From the IMG/VR virus record IMGVR_UViG_3300038673_000730, positions 1 through 27,654 of that record: DNA of 27,654 nt. The stretch is one strand, 5' to 3'. A model generated the notes under the pieces. The model was not told the DNA's origin. It was given only the letters and a program-made list of their open reading frames with translations, and searched no databases. The position numbers and the translations under genes were made by a program. This DNA is from a virus (taxonomy: Duplodnaviria; Caudoviricetes). Each line of letters begins with the position of its first letter. Within the stretch, counting starts at the first letter, position 1. Shown piece after piece: positions 25,070 to 27,654 of the stretch.

Positions 25070-25609
25070 CTATTGCGAACTTTTTTCAAGCTTGATAACC
25101 AAAAACTTTAGGTCTTCGAGGATTCTCTTTTTTCGCTTATGTACGGCAACTTGAGAAACCCCGATTTTCTTTGCCATGCTCCGCTCGGTCATGTTCTCGA
25201 GATACAGCGCTCGAACGAACTGGTAATCCTCCACGGGCAGACAACGAAGTGCGCGCCGCAGAGCATTGATGCGGATATTGCGAATGGCGGATTCTTCGGC
25301 ATTCACAGTAATGTCTGCGATAATTTCTTCGCCATTGCCTCCGCTGTCTACTTCGTTGCCATACAGAGAGATCACCAAAATGCCTTCGGCCTGCTCTGCC
25401 AAGTAGTCACTGTGATCGACTTCCTTGCGCCATTTCCGATAATCTGTCTTTGTGGATTCAAGCACGGTTTCGCCATCGTCTATAAAGAAATGGCCAACTC
25501 CGTCCTCGGAGGTGATAAAGCGGTAGAACTCCTTGCCGGTCATTTCTATCCACTCGTGCTTTCCACTGATATGATTGGTGTTACTCCATCTGAAATATCT
25601 CTTTGACAT
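25070..25609 (-). CDS. Sigma-70 region-4 domain protein (ICE-type activator)
   Basis: LRRALRCLP...LYLENMTERSMAKKIGVSQVAVHKRKKRIL; SD AAGGAG. Confidence 0.85.
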   Translation of the reverse strand: MSKRYFRWSNTNHISGKHEWIEMTGKEFYRFITSEDGVGHFFIDDGETVLESTKTDYRKWRKEVDHSDYLAEQAEGILVISLYGNEVDSGGNGEEIIADITVNAEESAIRNIRINALRRALRCLPVEDYQFVRALYLENMTERSMAKKIGVSQVAVHKRKKRILEDLKFLVIKLEKSSQ

Positions 25610-26120
25610 TGTTCATTCTCCTTATCGTTTTTTGGTTTTCGGGGTGCGGATGGGAAAACCAAAAACGACGGAGGGGAACGACAGCCTGGGCCGGTGTGCT
25701 GCGAATGCTTGTCCATGCCAATACTCCAAAAATGGGCAGCAAAAAAGGCCGAGCGCATAAACGCGCCCGACCTCATTGCTCCCGTATTGGCTGGATGGCT
25801 ACGAGTGATTTTGCAGGAATGTCGGCAGTAATCTCCAAACTCTTGCCAAACTCGAGCAAAATCGACATAAGAAAACCCCGCAAAAACCCGAGTGGGTTCT
25901 GCGGAGCTTATGTAGGGATATGGTATTCTGTTTTCTGCGCTATTTAGTCTTGCCGCATCATAATTTTTCCTCCTTCATCGTTTTAGAAGACAGAACACCA
26001 GAACAAATGACACGATTCTTCACTGGCTGTCATATCTTGATGATACGATAGCGCCCGTAAAAAATCGGTCGAAGTGTAGATGCGCTTGCCCTTCCATGTT
26101 GAATCGGAGGAAAAGCGGGT

Positions 26121-26165
26121 ATAAAAAGGCTCCTGACGGTTTATTCCCGCCAAGAGCCTTTTTAT
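26121..26165 (-). terminator. Terminator-like hairpin
   Basis: ATAAAAAGGCTC / GAGCCTTTTTAT 12-bp outer stem. Confidence 0.6.
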
Positions 26166-26249
26166 TGCAGACTGCGCTGCTATTGAAAGTCGTAGCTATC
26201 CAGCATACACATCGTAGCATATTGACAGTCGCTTGGGAGTAGGAAAAGG

Positions 26250-26300
26250 GTCGGTACTTAGTCGGTATGGTGTCGGTATTTAGTCGGTAAACAGTCGGCG
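26250..26300. repeat. Five GTCGGTA-type direct repeats with exact 11-bp period
   Basis: Starts at 26250, 26261, 26272, 26283 and 26294 (the last is GTCGGCG). Confidence 0.9.
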
Positions 26301-26804
26301 CAGCTCCGGCAGAGTATACCCAAACATACACAGGCCGAACAGATGAAGAGCTTCTTTCTTCCTGTCATAGAACACACTGCGCTCTATATTCAACGCTTCC
26401 GAAAGCTCCGGCTCCGTCAGCGGAAAGCGGCTGATGTACTGTTTGTCCAGAATCTCATAATAAACTTCCCCGTAAATGGGATAATCCTTCATGCGGATCA
26501 GCGCTTTATCTATGAGATTGATGTACATACGGGTTTCACAAATGCAGCAGACACGCTCGGCAAATCGTTCCGCTTCTATATCGGGAGCGAAATCCGCAAG
26601 GTACCTGAATCCGGCCTCCATATCGTGGTTTCCGATTTCATAAGCGTGATCCCGTATTTCTTCGAGGCGCTCACTGATTGCCCATGTGACATCCCGATAG
26701 ACCGTGAGAATCAGCCTTGAGCGGTGGAACACGGCGTCGCTATCCATACCGAGGGATGCAATTTTAGCTTTATGCTTGCGTAAAGCAGCGGTTTCTTTTG
26801 CCAT
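26280..26804 (-). CDS. ArpU/DUF1492-like transcriptional regulator
   Basis: C-terminal YEILDKQYI...ELSEALNIERSVFYDRKKEAL; SD GGGAGG. Confidence 0.7.
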   Translation of the reverse strand: MAKETAALRKHKAKIASLGMDSDAVFHRSRLILTVYRDVTWAISERLEEIRDHAYEIGNHDMEAGFRYLADFAPDIEAERFAERVCCICETRMYINLIDKALIRMKDYPIYGEVYYEILDKQYISRFPLTEPELSEALNIERSVFYDRKKEALHLFGLCMFGYTLPELRRLFTD

Positions 26805-26912
26805 CTCTAAACCTCCCTTGAGCAGTAGTCGGCAATATAAGCCTCGTTAGCACTCGAGCTAACACAAAGTGGAAAGAGCGGCGGGGACTTAACCCCGCCT
26901 ACGAAGCTAATC

Positions 26913-27650
26913 TCAGTCACACATAATTACCCCGACTGAACGCAGGAGCCCGGCTTGCTTCAGTCTGATCCGCACCGCCGTCCGTGAAACATCGAAAATC
27001 TCTGTCAACTCCGTTATCACATCAGCGGCATCTTTCGAGCCGCAGCCCTCGATAATATAGTTGGAGGAATGGTGCTTTTTCATGACCGCCTGGGCAGTCG
27101 GATAGAATACACTCGCCGGCATCAGCATTGCCGAGGAGAACTTGTCCGCTTGCCATTCCATCCAGTCTTTGTCCGTCCAATAACCACGCGGTTTGTTCCT
27201 GTTGGGATCAGCCTCTCTGCACATGATATAACTCTTTGAAGTGCGGAGGCAGTATTTTCGGTCGTCTGGATAGTACATCTGCCGATGGATAATCCAATGA
27301 GAAGCCTCATGGCATACTGTAAACCGGCGCCGGTGGTGATGCTCCTCCGGCATGAGTCTTGCGTCAATGACGATTGTGCCGCTCATAATGATTTCTTCCT
27401 GAATCTTCTTCTCGAGAGACATCAGCTCCATCTTGTAGTCGCTAAAGTTGATGAGTCCAAGAACCGTTCCTCGTGAGGAGATGTACCGGTCTATGATCGT
27501 CAGGCTGTAGGCTTCATCGGCAAGTGCCTCAATGTCGAGCGGCTGCGCCTTTTCATACATATATGGAGCGTATTCTTGAAGCACAAGCTCCGCAACGCTG
27601 TCGAAGTCTTTGCTGCTGAAAAGATACATGCCGTTGCTCTTTTGCGCCAA
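26913..27650 (-). CDS. ImmA/IrrE family metallo-endopeptidase
   Basis: RRRFTVCHEASH (HExxH), EWQADKFSSAMLMP, FDVSRTAVRIRL; the start is at the window edge and the gene may extend further. Confidence 0.9.
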   Translation of the reverse strand: MAQKSNGMYLFSSKDFDSVAELVLQEYAPYMYEKAQPLDIEALADEAYSLTIIDRYISSRGTVLGLINFSDYKMELMSLEKKIQEEIIMSGTIVIDARLMPEEHHHRRRFTVCHEASHWIIHRQMYYPDDRKYCLRTSKSYIMCREADPNRNKPRGYWTDKDWMEWQADKFSSAMLMPASVFYPTAQAVMKKHHSSNYIIEGCGSKDAADVITELTEIFDVSRTAVRIRLKQAGLLRSVGVIMCD

Positions 27651-27654
27651 TGGA

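Larger units (their letters stand above)
17992..27654 (-). mobile_element. End of an ICE/IME-like element with a serine-recombinase triplet
   Basis: Co-oriented ImmA, regulator, sigma-like, PemK, ParB-like, SHOCT and three recombinase genes; att site not identified. Confidence 0.7.

Noticed and set aside
26250-26300. Possible CRISPR or mini-array
   Set aside because: The 11-bp period with 4-nt spacers is far too short, and there are no cas genes.
25546-26331. Short ORFs between the sigma-like and ArpU-like genes
   Set aside because: No SD or motifs; they overlap hairpins and repeats, so the region reads as regulatory.

Overview
This window appears to be accessory DNA from a Firmicute (Clostridia-like SD sequences, sigma-A promoters and protein families). 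It is built around a tRNA-Pro(TGG) locus at 3870-3945 (-), which has a perfect sigma-A promoter and a truncated tandem 5'-half copy. Left of the tRNA (1-3860) is an island end with TTAGGG-type repeats, an AT-rich two-gene cassette (one gene has a SEC-C motif), a DUF6884-like/GIY-YIG fusion, and an edge-truncated ORF missing from the ORF track; this part looks like defence cargo. The segment 4.2-16.0 kb is a satellite/IME-like module: a lambda-like divergent XRE switch with four operators, an AAA_25 ATPase, a catalytically dead resolvase-like protein, a large serine recombinase with an AbrB-like tail, two stand-alone paralogues of that tail, and cargo including three calcineurin-like phosphoesterases. 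An AAA/PD-(D/E)XK gene follows at 16.1-17.9 kb. From 18.0 to 27.65 kb lies the end of an ICE-like element: ImmA/IrrE, an ArpU-like regulator with phased repeats, a sigma-70 region-4 protein, a ~450-nt highly structured non-coding region, an orphan PemK/MazF, two ParB-like proteins, a SHOCT-like peptide and a serine-recombinase triplet. All protein family calls come from motif recognition by eye, not from database searches.
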